Virus record (IMG/VR): IMGVR_UViG_3300022407_006288 | Span: 66,873 to 130,872 of that record | Reading direction: 5' to 3' (one strand) | Length of the DNA stretch: 64,000 bases | DNA from: a virus | Shown here: piece after piece, positions 43,613 to 53,789 of the stretch | Numbering within the stretch: the first letter of the stretch is position 1 | Layout: every line of letters starts with the position of its first letter | The notes under the pieces: generated by a model | Told to the model about the DNA's origin: nothing | The model's input: only the letters and a program-made list of their open reading frames with translations | Databases searched by the model: none | Made by a program: the position numbers and the translations under genes

Positions 43613-45412
43613 ATGACCGATACGGCCGATTTATCTAACAAAGTCTTTTCTCTATTAAAGGGCAACGGACTAAAAATTAAAATTTTTGATGTAAAAGGCT
43701 CAGAGACAACCAACCCTAATGCAGGTAAACGATTTTTTGTAACCGACCCTAATATTATGGTAACTATTAACGATGACGATAATTTAATTGAGTTCAGTAA
43801 AGGCAAAAATGTCGATGATAGTTCTGTTTTGGCATTACAAAAAAATATTCGAAGATTGGGTGATAATTCTGTACCACCTATGAATTTTAAGATTAGAGTG
43901 TTTGGTAAATCAATTCAACCGAGAGATTATTCTTATCAGGCAAAAATGAATAAAGGTGAGGAAACAATGATGGAAGAAGCCCCAATTAATAGTCACATAC
44001 TTTCAAAAGTTTTTCAAAAATTGGATTATTCCGCAGGCATGACCGCCAAAGCATTATCGGCAAATATTGCGGGAAGTGACCTAAAGCATGTTCAACGAGC
44101 ACTTAACAAATTGTTACAAGATGGCGAAGTAGACATTATTGATCAACAATACGGCGAAAATGTTTATGTTAAAAAAATGGAAGAAGCAATTACGGGCGAC
44201 AATTCGGAGACTCCTGCTCCTCCGCAACAGCGTCGTCGTAGCGACAGAGAGCAACAATCAGAGAAGCCAATGCAACCACAGCGTCGTCGTACTGATACGT
44301 TACCGGGATTAACTGAAAGTTTTAGTAAAATGTTTGGATCATTACGCACTTCTAGGCAAACTCTTGAAAATGTAAAGATTTTAATCAAGCATAAAACACC
44401 TATAGATGAAAACGTTCGTGGTGCAAGATCGAGACAAATTAGTGCAATTTTCCTAGAATGCAATGGAGAACGTTTCCGCTTACCGCACGCATACTTGCCC
44501 GGTGCAAGAGCAATGGCTCAACACGTGGCACATGGTGGTTCATTAAATGACAAGATTGGCTCATACATTTCCGAAAGTACAGGCAACTTATTAAAGTTGC
44601 AATCATTCAACCGTTATGTTACTACTAACAAATTAATTAACGAAGACAGTTCTACAATTATCGATACAATAAAAGAAAATATTGAAACAATTCGCACAGA
44701 ACTTAAAAAGCTAACTGGCGCAAAAACCTACGAAACAGTAAAAGCACGTATTGAAACATTTGAACGTGAATCACTAGTAGAAGATGACATAAGCCAATTA
44801 AAAGATCTTTTTACCATTCGTAGATTTGATGAAAAATTTGAAGAAGTACTGCCCATTGTCAAGCAATTGGTGCAGGAAAAAGATACATTCTACAAGCGCA
44901 TTGAAGAAGCAGCATCAAAGTCAGTTGTATTGCGTAATGAATTAATAAATACCACTCCCATGTTTGAGTTTGCAAGCGAACATGCTCGTTTAGGATTTAA
45001 GATTAACGAACTAGCATTACGCATTGTTGAAAATGAAGAACTAGCCGGATTTATTAACAAAATTGGTACAAAATTATGCAAAGAAGGCACGGTGAATGAT
45101 TTTGAACGTGCTGTACTTTCTCAAGTATTCGAAAACATTAAATTAGAAGAAAAAAAGACTAAACAAAGAACTGAAATTAAGGAATCTGTAGGATTAGAAG
45201 CATACTTTGATCGCTTTGATTATACTTTTACATCTGAAAAATTAAACGAATCAAAGTACGATGTAACCTTTCACCTAAAACCAAACGGTTCTGAAACAAT
45301 GACAGGGGTTGAAGCATCATCCAAGGACGAGGCAATTCAAAAAGCAAAGACATTATGGAGACCCAGTAGAGGATATACAGCCAAGAAAATTACGGCTAAA
45401 GAAATAAAATAA
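43613..45412 (+). CDS. Large conserved virion/head protein
   Basis: Late promoter 43584-43591; GERF.LP...L.GARAMAQHV..GG motif. Confidence 0.65.
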   Translation: MTDTADLSNKVFSLLKGNGLKIKIFDVKGSETTNPNAGKRFFVTDPNIMVTINDDDNLIEFSKGKNVDDSSVLALQKNIRRLGDNSVPPMNFKIRVFGKSIQPRDYSYQAKMNKGEETMMEEAPINSHILSKVFQKLDYSAGMTAKALSANIAGSDLKHVQRALNKLLQDGEVDIIDQQYGENVYVKKMEEAITGDNSETPAPPQQRRRSDREQQSEKPMQPQRRRTDTLPGLTESFSKMFGSLRTSRQTLENVKILIKHKTPIDENVRGARSRQISAIFLECNGERFRLPHAYLPGARAMAQHVAHGGSLNDKIGSYISESTGNLLKLQSFNRYVTTNKLINEDSSTIIDTIKENIETIRTELKKLTGAKTYETVKARIETFERESLVEDDISQLKDLFTIRRFDEKFEEVLPIVKQLVQEKDTFYKRIEEAASKSVVLRNELINTTPMFEFASEHARLGFKINELALRIVENEELAGFINKIGTKLCKEGTVNDFERAVLSQVFENIKLEEKKTKQRTEIKESVGLEAYFDRFDYTFTSEKLNESKYDVTFHLKPNGSETMTGVEASSKDEAIQKAKTLWRPSRGYTAKKITAKEIK

Positions 45413-45440
45413 AAATAGATAAATAATTATTTGACATGTC

Positions 45441-45469
45441 TTGACAGGCATGCAAAGATAACGTATACT
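45441..45469 (+). promoter_or_regulatory. sigma70 promoter of SSB/recombination operon
   Basis: TTGACA-17 bp-TATACT. Confidence 0.82.
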
Positions 45470-45584
45470 AGTTGATGTACGTTATGAATGTTATAAAAAG
45501 TGTAGATAGGCGTAACGCGACCTGTTTAACTTCAACTCAAGTAATAGCGTTTAACTTTAACCCAAGCATAGGAAATATAAAATC

Positions 45585-46619
45585 ATGTCAAAAACACTAG
45601 ACGAAATTCGTAAAAAGCTACAAGCACTAGACACACGCAAGGGCCCAGCAGGCCAAGGTTCCGGAGATAAGGCAACTTATGCACACTGGAACATCCCCGA
45701 AGGTACATCCGCAATCCTTCGATTCTTACCCGACGCAAATGAAGATAACACTTTTTTCTGGACTGAACGTCAAAACTTCAAGTTCACCTTCCCCGGAATT
45801 AAGGGGCAAGATGAAAACAAGCAAGTTATCGTTCAGGCCCCATGTATCGAAATGTGGGACGGCAAGAATACCTGCCCGGTATTGAATGAGGTCCGCCCGT
45901 GGTGGAAGGATGATTCGCTAAAGACAACTGCAAGTAAATACTGGGTCAAGCGCACATACTATATGCAAGGCATTGTCAAGCAAGATCCTCTTAACGAAGC
46001 AGAATCTCCAGAAAATCCAATCCGCAAGTTGATTATAGGCCCGCAAATTTTTGCAATTATCAAGGCTGCACTAATGGATCCCGATATGGAAAATAGTCCT
46101 GTTGATTATATCAACGGTACAGATTTTATTGTGTCAAAGACCAGCAAGGGTGGTTATGCTGATTACGGTACTTCAAAGTGGGCTAGAAAAGAATCTAGCA
46201 TTGATGAAAGAACACAGGCTGCAATTGAGCAGTACGGTTTGGTGGATCTTGCTTCATATCTTCCAAAGAAGCCAAATGCAGAACAACTTGCAGTTATCTT
46301 TGATATGTTCCAGGCATCGCTAGATGGCGAACTATATGATCCAGCCAAGTGGGGTCAGTTCTATAAGCCGTTCGGTTTTGATTCCGCATCTGGCGATGAC
46401 GCAGAAGGTGGCGAAGGTCGTAAGTCAACACCGTCTTATACTCCTAGAGTGCAGCCTGCAAAGCCAGTTGAGGAAGAAAAGTTTGTTGACAACAGCATTG
46501 ACAGCGATCCTCCTTTTGAAGCTGATCCTCCGCGGGAAACAGTCAAGGCAGAAGCAGGCGCAACAGCCGGTAAGTCACCGCAAGAAATTCTTGCCATGCT
46601 GCGCAATCGCAATAAATAA
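45585..46619 (+). CDS. Single-stranded DNA-binding protein (T4 gp32-like)
   Basis: LRFLPD, CPVL.E, YWVKR.YY, INGTDF..SK..KGGYADY..SKW; acidic tail. Confidence 0.92.
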   Translation: MSKTLDEIRKKLQALDTRKGPAGQGSGDKATYAHWNIPEGTSAILRFLPDANEDNTFFWTERQNFKFTFPGIKGQDENKQVIVQAPCIEMWDGKNTCPVLNEVRPWWKDDSLKTTASKYWVKRTYYMQGIVKQDPLNEAESPENPIRKLIIGPQIFAIIKAALMDPDMENSPVDYINGTDFIVSKTSKGGYADYGTSKWARKESSIDERTQAAIEQYGLVDLASYLPKKPNAEQLAVIFDMFQASLDGELYDPAKWGQFYKPFGFDSASGDDAEGGEGRKSTPSYTPRVQPAKPVEEEKFVDNSIDSDPPFEADPPRETVKAEAGATAGKSPQEILAMLRNRNK

Positions 46620-46699
46620 TCCCTAAATTTAATAGTTTAGTATAAAGAAATAAGCAACGGCTGTTGCTTATTTCACTTTAAATAATTTTTAGGAAACAT

Positions 46700-47767
46700 A
46701 TGACAAAACCAATCGATATTTCGAAATTTAGAAAGAGCATCACAAAAAGCATTGAAGGAATTAGTGCAGGATTTCATGATCCCGATACCTGGATTAGCAC
46801 AGGCAATTACGCACTTAATTATTTAATTAGCAGCGACTTTAACAGGGGTATTCCGTTAGGCAAGGTATCAATGTTTTCTGGTCAATCTGGTGCAGGTAAA
46901 AGTTACATTGTATCAGGCAATATTGTAAAAAATGCACAAGAACAGGGCATTTACTGTATTGTGATGGATACAGAAAACGCACTAGACGAAGCATGGCTAC
47001 ACGCACTGGGTGTTGATACATCTGAAGAAAAGTTGTTAAAATTGAACGTATCGCAAATTAGTGATGCAGCACAAATTATCAATGACTTTGTGAAAGAATA
47101 TAAAACACAAGCACCAGAAGATAGGCAAAAGATTTTATTTGTTATTGATTCTATTGGCATGATGTCATCTGCCATTGGTGCACAGCAATTTGCCGATAAT
47201 GTGCTCAAGGGTGACTTTGGTTCTAAGCCAAAGGAACTAATGGCACTGGTTCGCAATTGTTTAAACATGTTTGGAGACCTAAACATTGGACTGGTGTGTA
47301 CCAATCACTCTTATAGCTCACAAGATCCCTATTCTCCCGATGATAAAATCAGCGGCGGCGCCGGCCCAGTATATGCCTCTAGTATTGTTGTTGCAATGAA
47401 ACAATTAAAACTAAAGGAAGATGCCGAGGGTAATAAAGTGTCTGAAGTGCAAGGTATTCGTGCAGGATGCAAGGTAATGAAAACACGCTTTAACAAGCCG
47501 TTTGAGGACATTGAGCTTCAGATTCCATATGATACAGGTATGTCTCCTTATAGTGGATTTTTTGATTTGCTTGAAAAGAAGAAATTTATTACCAAAGACG
47601 GTAATCGATATTTGTATATCAGCCTTAGTGGCGAAATTCACAAGTATTTTAGAAAAGAGTGGAACAGAAACGAAAACGGCATTATGGATTTGGTCATGTC
47701 CGAATTTGCAGAAAAAATAAAAGCCGGCGAAACTGCTGATAAAATTACTGAAGACGAAATAATTTAA
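46700..47767 (+). CDS. uvsX: RecA-like recombinase
   Basis: STGNYALNY, GQSGAGKS, DTENAL, FVIDSIG, TNH, GG.GP.YASS. Confidence 0.95.
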   Translation: MTKPIDISKFRKSITKSIEGISAGFHDPDTWISTGNYALNYLISSDFNRGIPLGKVSMFSGQSGAGKSYIVSGNIVKNAQEQGIYCIVMDTENALDEAWLHALGVDTSEEKLLKLNVSQISDAAQIINDFVKEYKTQAPEDRQKILFVIDSIGMMSSAIGAQQFADNVLKGDFGSKPKELMALVRNCLNMFGDLNIGLVCTNHSYSSQDPYSPDDKISGGAGPVYASSIVVAMKQLKLKEDAEGNKVSEVQGIRAGCKVMKTRFNKPFEDIELQIPYDTGMSPYSGFFDLLEKKKFITKDGNRYLYISLSGEIHKYFRKEWNRNENGIMDLVMSEFAEKIKAGETADKITEDEII

Positions 47768-47789
47768 CATACAATAAAGGGAATTAAAA

Positions 47790-48032
47790 ATGGTAAACGA
47801 TAATCATGAATTACTAATTGAACTATGGAGTAGAATCAAGTCTCATGTAACACCAAAAGAACGTCTAGAAGTTGCTGATATTCTTGTAGTGGTATTTGAT
47901 GAATTTGGTTTAATTGATGACGAATTACTCGATTATGATCTAGATAAAGAAATGCGTGCTGCGGTAAGAAGCCATCTAGTTGAAATTGAAGATGATGAAG
48001 ATAAGGAAAAGTACGAAGATGACAGCTTCTGA
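47790..48032 (+). CDS. Hypothetical protein
   Basis: 80 aa, AGGGA RBS. Confidence 0.75.
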   Translation: MVNDNHELLIELWSRIKSHVTPKERLEVADILVVVFDEFGLIDDELLDYDLDKEMRAAVRSHLVEIEDDEDKEKYEDDSF

Positions 48033-48321
48033 ATTTGGCGAGTTGTTACTCAAAACAATCAAAAGTAAAGATGCTCGGAAATCCGTTGAAGGAGTTCAGA
48101 AATTTAAAGAATGTATGCGGGATGCAGAAATAGGTGCTTCGTATGTTACATGGATTTCTGAACCAGTTAATTTAACTAAAATCCATAAAGCATTAACAGA
48201 AGAACTTGATATTCCGTCTCGAGCCATGGCAATTAAACGAGTGCTAATGTCCAGAACTCAAAAAGCAGTCCTGCTGGTTCAGGCAATGGAAATTGCGATC
48301 AAAAGAGTACATAAATTATAA
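48019..48321 (+). CDS. Hypothetical protein
   Basis: ATG 48019 preferred. Confidence 0.7.
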   Translation: MTASEFGELLLKTIKSKDARKSVEGVQKFKECMRDAEIGASYVTWISEPVNLTKIHKALTEELDIPSRAMAIKRVLMSRTQKAVLLVQAMEIAIKRVHKL

Positions 48322-48379
48322 AATCCAGTATTTACTTTGTATCATGTACGTGTTAAACTAAACAACAACATAAGGAATT

Positions 48380-48844
48380 TTGATGGCAGGATGGTATTAT
48401 AAAGTTACAGGAGATATGAGTTTAATCCCCGACTTTATCGACTATTTTGAAAACGAATTAGCAGATGCTCGAACTGAATTATCTTTAAAGGGTAAGTCTT
48501 TAGAAAAGCACGCTGCTGAACTTCCTGGTTTGGTAGAGCATAGATATACACAGCTTCAAGAAATTGAAGCTGTACTTGAGTTCTTAAATATACAGTTACG
48601 TAAGGATAGGTCGGGAGAATTTAAAAAATTTCTTGAAGCATATAATAAAACACTCAGTTCTAGAGATGCAGAAAAATATGTTGATGGTGTACAAGTAATT
48701 GTAGATTCTTCCTTGCTTATAAATGAAATAGCATTGTTAAGAAACAAGTATCTAAGTATAACAAAGGGCATGGAAGCAAAAAACTTTATGTTGGGACACA
48801 TATCTAAGTTGCGAGTTGCAGGCCTAGATGATGCTAGTATTTAA
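48380..48844 (+). CDS. uvsY: Recombination mediator UvsY-like
   Basis: Helical; LSSRDAEKYVDG...ALLRNKYL.I.KG.E.K...LG.I.KLRVAG.DD. Confidence 0.8.
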   Translation: MMAGWYYKVTGDMSLIPDFIDYFENELADARTELSLKGKSLEKHAAELPGLVEHRYTQLQEIEAVLEFLNIQLRKDRSGEFKKFLEAYNKTLSSRDAEKYVDGVQVIVDSSLLINEIALLRNKYLSITKGMEAKNFMLGHISKLRVAGLDDASI

Positions 48845-48870
48845 TATCACACACTTAAAAGGAGAAATGT

Positions 48871-49185
48871 ATGAGAGACTATGATCTTGCCGAAATTGAC
48901 GGCATTTATGAAAATGTTGAAGACACTGAAGAAAAGACCCGGATGAGAACTGTGCTGCAAAAGGGTATCCATACAGTAACATGGAACTCCTCAGCCGGTG
49001 AAAAAACCATGCAGGCTACACTAGATACAAATTATATTCCTGCTGACAAGCAGAATTTTAGCAATAAGCCAAAGACACAAGGCGAAAAAGGTTCACAAGT
49101 TATTGCTGTGTATTCAGTTGATCGAGAAGGCTGGAGAAGCTTTAATGTTAACAGCGTAATTAGTATTGGCAAGGCTAATACTTGA
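48871..49185 (+). CDS. SH3-like (WYL_2) domain protein
   Basis: MQATLD...IAVYSVDREGWRSF. Confidence 0.7.
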   Translation: MRDYDLAEIDGIYENVEDTEEKTRMRTVLQKGIHTVTWNSSAGEKTMQATLDTNYIPADKQNFSNKPKTQGEKGSQVIAVYSVDREGWRSFNVNSVISIGKANT

Positions 49186-49196
49186 TATCTATTTAA

Positions 49197-50657
49197 ATGT
49201 CAAAAGCCACCCTGGTAATATTGGACGAATGCAACATCAAGATTGATGGACTTGATGTTGTAACACGCCGTAAATTAGTTGATTCGTTAAAATTTGTATT
49301 ACCTTACGCCAGGCATACACCGGCATATAAATTAGGCCGATGGGATGGTACCATGTCCTTTTGTGACATTGGTGCCCGCTCATATTTAAACTTGCTTGAT
49401 ATTTTACTACCTATTGTTCAATCACAGGGCTATGAGATTGAAGTAGATGATTTAAGAACTTCCACACGTACTTTTGAATTTACTGAGGTAGATAGCAACA
49501 GTTATTCACATATTTGTTGGCCTAAAGGTCATCCTCTTGCAGGAGCCCCAATCTCTCTAAAAGAGCATCAGATAGAAGTAATTAATTCTTATCTCAATAA
49601 TATTACAGGTATTAATATTGCTCCAACAGGTGCAGGTAAGACCATAATTACCTCTATTTTAAGCCATAAAATTGAACCATACGGCCGAAGTATAGTCATT
49701 GTGCCTACTAAAGATTTAGTTACGCAAACCGAAGAAGATTACATTAATTTAGGTCTAGATGTAGGTGTCTTTTTTGGCGACAGAAAAGAATATGGTAAGA
49801 CGCACACAATATGTACCTGGCAAAGTTTAGAGAGTCTCTCAAAACGCTCAAAAGAAAAAGAATTAGAAATTGATATTACTGATTTTTTTAAAGATGTTGT
49901 TTGCGTCATTGTCGACGAGGTTCATAAAGCCAAGGCTGATATTCTAAGAAAACTGCTGTCATCGCATTTGGCTAATGCGCCCATTAGATGGGGATTGACT
50001 GGCACAATGCCCGAAGAAGAGGCAGACAAAGTAGGTGTAGTAGCATGTATTGGTCCTTTATTGGGTAAAATTAACACAAAGGAATTACAAGACTTGGGCA
50101 TACTAGCTCAGTTACATGTAAATATATGGCAGTTGCAAGACCTCAACGAATCAGCATTTGGTAATTATCAAGCAGAATTAAAATGGCTAACAACAAGTCA
50201 AGCCAGATTAGAGTTTCTTGCTAATTCAATTATTACCATGTCAGATAGCGGAAACACGTTGGTATTAGTTGATCGTGTACAAACTGGCGAAATGCTACAA
50301 GCTCTTATACCCGATTCTATATTTGTGTCCGGCAAGATGAAATCAAAAGATCGTAAGGACGAATATAAAGAAGTACAGGAAGTTGATGGCAAAGTTATTA
50401 TAGCCACATATGGTGTAGCATCAACAGGTATTAACATTGTTCGTATTTTCAACCTTGTTCTTTTTGAGGCTGGCAAGAGTTTTGTAAGAGTAATTCAAAG
50501 TATTGGCAGAGGAATTAGAGTTGCTCCTGATAAGGATTTTGTAAATGTATATGATGTATGCTCTAATTGTAAATATAGTAAAAAGCACTTGACCAAAAGA
50601 AAATCTTTCTATAAAGAGGCTGACTACCCCTTTACAGTACAGAAAATTATATACTGA
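49197..50657 (+). CDS. uvsW: SF2 DNA helicase UvsW-like
   Basis: APTGAGKT, VIVDEVH, GLTGT, VIQSIGRG.R. Confidence 0.93.
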   Translation: MSKATLVILDECNIKIDGLDVVTRRKLVDSLKFVLPYARHTPAYKLGRWDGTMSFCDIGARSYLNLLDILLPIVQSQGYEIEVDDLRTSTRTFEFTEVDSNSYSHICWPKGHPLAGAPISLKEHQIEVINSYLNNITGINIAPTGAGKTIITSILSHKIEPYGRSIVIVPTKDLVTQTEEDYINLGLDVGVFFGDRKEYGKTHTICTWQSLESLSKRSKEKELEIDITDFFKDVVCVIVDEVHKAKADILRKLLSSHLANAPIRWGLTGTMPEEEADKVGVVACIGPLLGKINTKELQDLGILAQLHVNIWQLQDLNESAFGNYQAELKWLTTSQARLEFLANSIITMSDSGNTLVLVDRVQTGEMLQALIPDSIFVSGKMKSKDRKDEYKEVQEVDGKVIIATYGVASTGINIVRIFNLVLFEAGKSFVRVIQSIGRGIRVAPDKDFVNVYDVCSNCKYSKKHLTKRKSFYKEADYPFTVQKIIY

Positions 50658-50661
50658 TAGT

Positions 50662-50964
50662 ATGAAAATAATCGAAACTGAAATACCGGCCGATCATCTA
50701 GAACTCATTACTATATTTTTAAAAGCCAATGAACTTGATGCTGATATTTTCTGTGAGATAGATCGTAATTTAAATCGGCAAACAATTAAGATATCTTATA
50801 ATGAAAAAAATGAAGATTTATGCTCTAAGATTACCTATATGTCGTTAAGACACTTAGGATTTCTTAACATGTTAGACGATTTTCTGTTAAAATGCGGGGT
50901 TGAACCATATAGACTTAGGCACTCAGTATCGAAAAATATTGATCTCTTTGATAGTGAATTTTAA
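50662..50964 (+). CDS. Hypothetical protein
   Basis: 100-aa ORF. Confidence 0.65.
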   Translation: MKIIETEIPADHLELITIFLKANELDADIFCEIDRNLNRQTIKISYNEKNEDLCSKITYMSLRHLGFLNMLDDFLLKCGVEPYRLRHSVSKNIDLFDSEF

Positions 50965-50990
50965 AATACTTATAAAAATAAAGGCAATTA

Positions 50991-51494
50991 ATGAAAATAT
51001 TAACAGAAAACAATCGTGCATATGATCTTGATAAAATACCAAATGAGGTCGAAGATATAAGATATTGTGTCTTAGATTATTCAGATCCAAAAAATCCAGA
51101 CTATTTTTTTATTCCACTTATCTTTTTAGAAAGTTTTTATGCACCAGCGGTGGTTTTAAAAATTGGCAAGTATAATGTTCAAATGCCTTTAGATTGGTCC
51201 ATACTTGTATGTGATGAAAATTATAGTGACCTTGAAGTTATGCCATTGACAAGTTTAAATGATCGCGGATTTCACACAATGGTATACAATCCCCTAAGGC
51301 ACATGGTACCTCGACCACAGGAAATTAATATCACCAATGTATATGCAGAAGTTAAATGGTTTTTTCCAAAACTAAAAAATGGTAATATTTTAGTTGTTCC
51401 AGTCGAAGACACGCCGTTCCCCAATTGTGTGCTATTTGTAAAAGAAATAACCAAGTTGCCGGATGTAATTGATATTGGGGCACTTTTTGAGTAA
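50991..51494 (+). CDS. Conserved hypothetical (possibly Hint-fold-like)
   Basis: 167 aa, beta-rich; AAGG RBS. Confidence 0.65.
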   Translation: MKILTENNRAYDLDKIPNEVEDIRYCVLDYSDPKNPDYFFIPLIFLESFYAPAVVLKIGKYNVQMPLDWSILVCDENYSDLEVMPLTSLNDRGFHTMVYNPLRHMVPRPQEINITNVYAEVKWFFPKLKNGNILVVPVEDTPFPNCVLFVKEITKLPDVIDIGALFE

Positions 51495-52038
51495 CGAAGT
51501 AGGAAATTGGTTAGAGGGTTTCTTTGATTTAAATCCGGATGCAGTCGCAGAAGAAGAAATTAAGAAACCAAAGAGTACTCTTCTTCTTAATGACGAACTT
51601 ACAGCAATGGATTTTTGTAATAAGACTTTTTATAGAAATCTCTCCGACGTACATAAAAAAGAAATTAGTCTATGGCTTCTTATGCGATACATGAGTTCAT
51701 CGTGCTCAGATTCTGAACATCATTTATTATTGGTAAATAAATTAGTCAATCATGAATTTAACACTTTAAGAAAACATCCTGAATTACAATGGATGCTACT
51801 TTCACTATGCGGGACAGGCAAAAAACAAAAACATACATGGATCAAGCCTCCAAAAGGTACTAAGAAAAATCCATTAGAACAAGCAATACTAAATTATTAT
51901 CCTTTGTTAAAAGATGATGAAATAGATATGTTACTTAACATAAATACAAAAAAAGATTTTGAACAATTTTTTAAAGATAACGGCTACGATGATAAAGCAA
52001 TTAAGGAATTATTTAAGGGCAGCATCAAGGAAGATTAA
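51487..52038 (+). CDS. Putative clamp-loader small subunit-like protein
   Basis: WLLMRYMS...NHEF..L.KHPELQW.LL...G.GKKQ.H.WI; TTG start assumed. Confidence 0.45.
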   Translation: MSNEVGNWLEGFFDLNPDAVAEEEIKKPKSTLLLNDELTAMDFCNKTFYRNLSDVHKKEISLWLLMRYMSSSCSDSEHHLLLVNKLVNHEFNTLRKHPELQWMLLSLCGTGKKQKHTWIKPPKGTKKNPLEQAILNYYPLLKDDEIDMLLNINTKKDFEQFFKDNGYDDKAIKELFKGSIKED

Positions 52039-52041
52039 GTC

Positions 52042-52740
52042 TTGTTACTAAATAAAATAATGGAACAAAAATTCGAGTGCAGATTTTGTAAAACAAAGTT
52101 TCATAAAGAAGGCACACTCACTACTCATATTTGTGTCAAAAAACGTCGGCACATGGAATTAGACACGGCTGGTTCTAGATTTGGATTTAGGACATTTCAG
52201 CGATTTTATGAATTAACAGTAAATTTAAAAAAATCAAAAACACACGAAGAGTTTATCAATAGTCCATATTATATTGACTTTGTTAAATTTGGAAATCATC
52301 TTGCTTTATTAAAACCACTCTACCCCGATCAGTATACTGACTTTATTATTATGGGCGGTATAAAACTCAAAGATTGGACACGTGACGATATATATTATTT
52401 GTATATAGATGATTTAATAAAGAAAGAACCTGCAACTAGCGCAGTAGAAAGAACCATTACCAATATCATGACTTGGTGCGAAAAGAATTCTGTAGAGTTC
52501 AAAGACTTTTTTATTAATCTATCGGAAAACGAGGGTGCATACATGATACAAACTGGTAAAATTAGCCCATGGGTGCTATATCTATGTTCAACAGGCGGGC
52601 AATTGGTAAGTCGATTTAGTGAAGAACACGGGAAAATAATTGGTTCTATTATTGATCCCGGGTTTTGGATGAAAAAATTCAAAAAAAATGACGAAGAAGT
52701 GGAGTATATTAAAACTTTGCTAGCGGAATCCGGACTATAA
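52042..52740 (+). CDS. C2H2-type zinc-finger protein
   Basis: FECRFCKTKFHKEGTLTTHIC. Confidence 0.7.
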   Translation: MLLNKIMEQKFECRFCKTKFHKEGTLTTHICVKKRRHMELDTAGSRFGFRTFQRFYELTVNLKKSKTHEEFINSPYYIDFVKFGNHLALLKPLYPDQYTDFIIMGGIKLKDWTRDDIYYLYIDDLIKKEPATSAVERTITNIMTWCEKNSVEFKDFFINLSENEGAYMIQTGKISPWVLYLCSTGGQLVSRFSEEHGKIIGSIIDPGFWMKKFKKNDEEVEYIKTLLAESGL

Positions 52741-52741
52741 T

Positions 52742-53335
52742 ATGGTTACAAAAGTATCAACTGACGTAGATATTGACGTTTTTGGAAGAGAAAATATCTT
52801 AAAAGGTATTGAATGTATCTTTGGCCGCATAGATCGTGTAGGGGATAAAGTTGAAAGACACCCCACAGGTGTATATTTTCAAAATATACCACGTGACCCA
52901 ACCACAAATATTTCTACTTTAGATCATAGAATTGCAAAAGACTATGGGTATTTTAAGATTGACTTTCTTAATGTGAACATGTATGAACATGTTCGTAGTG
53001 AAGAACATTTGCTGGCATTACGAGACAGAGAGCCCCCCTGGGACTTTTTTGAATTTGAAGAAATAACCGATCAGCTATTTCATTTAAAGGGATACAGTCA
53101 TCTATTAAAGAAATATAAACCACAATCTGTGGAAGATGTAGCAATGATACTGGCAATGATTCGACCGGCCAAATCATATTTACAAAATTCGGACTGGAAT
53201 AAGGTACGTGCAGAGATATGGGATAAGAGCTTAGATCGGGGAGACTATGGGTTTAAACGCAGCCATGCTATATCTTACAGCCTGGCTATTATTGTAAATC
53301 TTAACTTTCTTATAGAACAGATGTCACGAGAATAA
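52742..53335 (+). CDS. Minimal DnaE (Pol III alpha) catalytic-core protein
   Basis: DVDID, HPTGV, FKIDFL, IRP and YGFKRSHA.SY motifs in only 197 aa. Confidence 0.85.
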   Translation: MVTKVSTDVDIDVFGRENILKGIECIFGRIDRVGDKVERHPTGVYFQNIPRDPTTNISTLDHRIAKDYGYFKIDFLNVNMYEHVRSEEHLLALRDREPPWDFFEFEEITDQLFHLKGYSHLLKKYKPQSVEDVAMILAMIRPAKSYLQNSDWNKVRAEIWDKSLDRGDYGFKRSHAISYSLAIIVNLNFLIEQMSRE

Positions 53336-53348
53336 TCTTTGAGCAGAG

Positions 53349-53720
53349 TTAATTTGAACGTCTAATAAGTTGTATTTGACGCTTTTTGATGCGCTTTTTC
53401 ATGATATTGTTTAGGCTTGTCATTGATCCAAACATAATTTCAACATCTTTGTTTACTATTGTTCTTATGCAATATCTAAAATCTGTCATCTGACCTTGCA
53501 TAAAAATATTAATTGGTAATATTCTATTGCTTTCCCACCACCATGTTTCACCATATTCAAGGAAAGTTACTCTTTCGTCCGCTGTTCGTATAGATTCGTA
53601 ATCGTAAAAGCTGATGATTTTATCATCGGAATTTTGTATAATACCGATAAATTCCCGATTCTGATATTTAATACCAGTCAAAAACGGAAATTTGTCTTGA
53701 ATTTGAGTTAAATTAATCAT
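53349..53720 (-). CDS. Conserved hypothetical protein
   Basis: 123 aa; minus-strand TATAAATA just upstream. Confidence 0.75.
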   Translation of the reverse strand: MINLTQIQDKFPFLTGIKYQNREFIGIIQNSDDKIISFYDYESIRTADERVTFLEYGETWWWESNRILPINIFMQGQMTDFRYCIRTIVNKDVEIMFGSMTSLNNIMKKRIKKRQIQLIRRSN

Positions 53721-53789
53721 ATAGTGTATTTATATTATTTTCTATAGGATGAAATTTTTTTTGGCATAACAGATAAATATAGAAAAGGA

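Noticed and set aside
44200-44300. Short PxQRRR[ST]D duplication in the 599-aa protein
   Set aside because: Two-copy low-complexity linker insertion with no further support for function.
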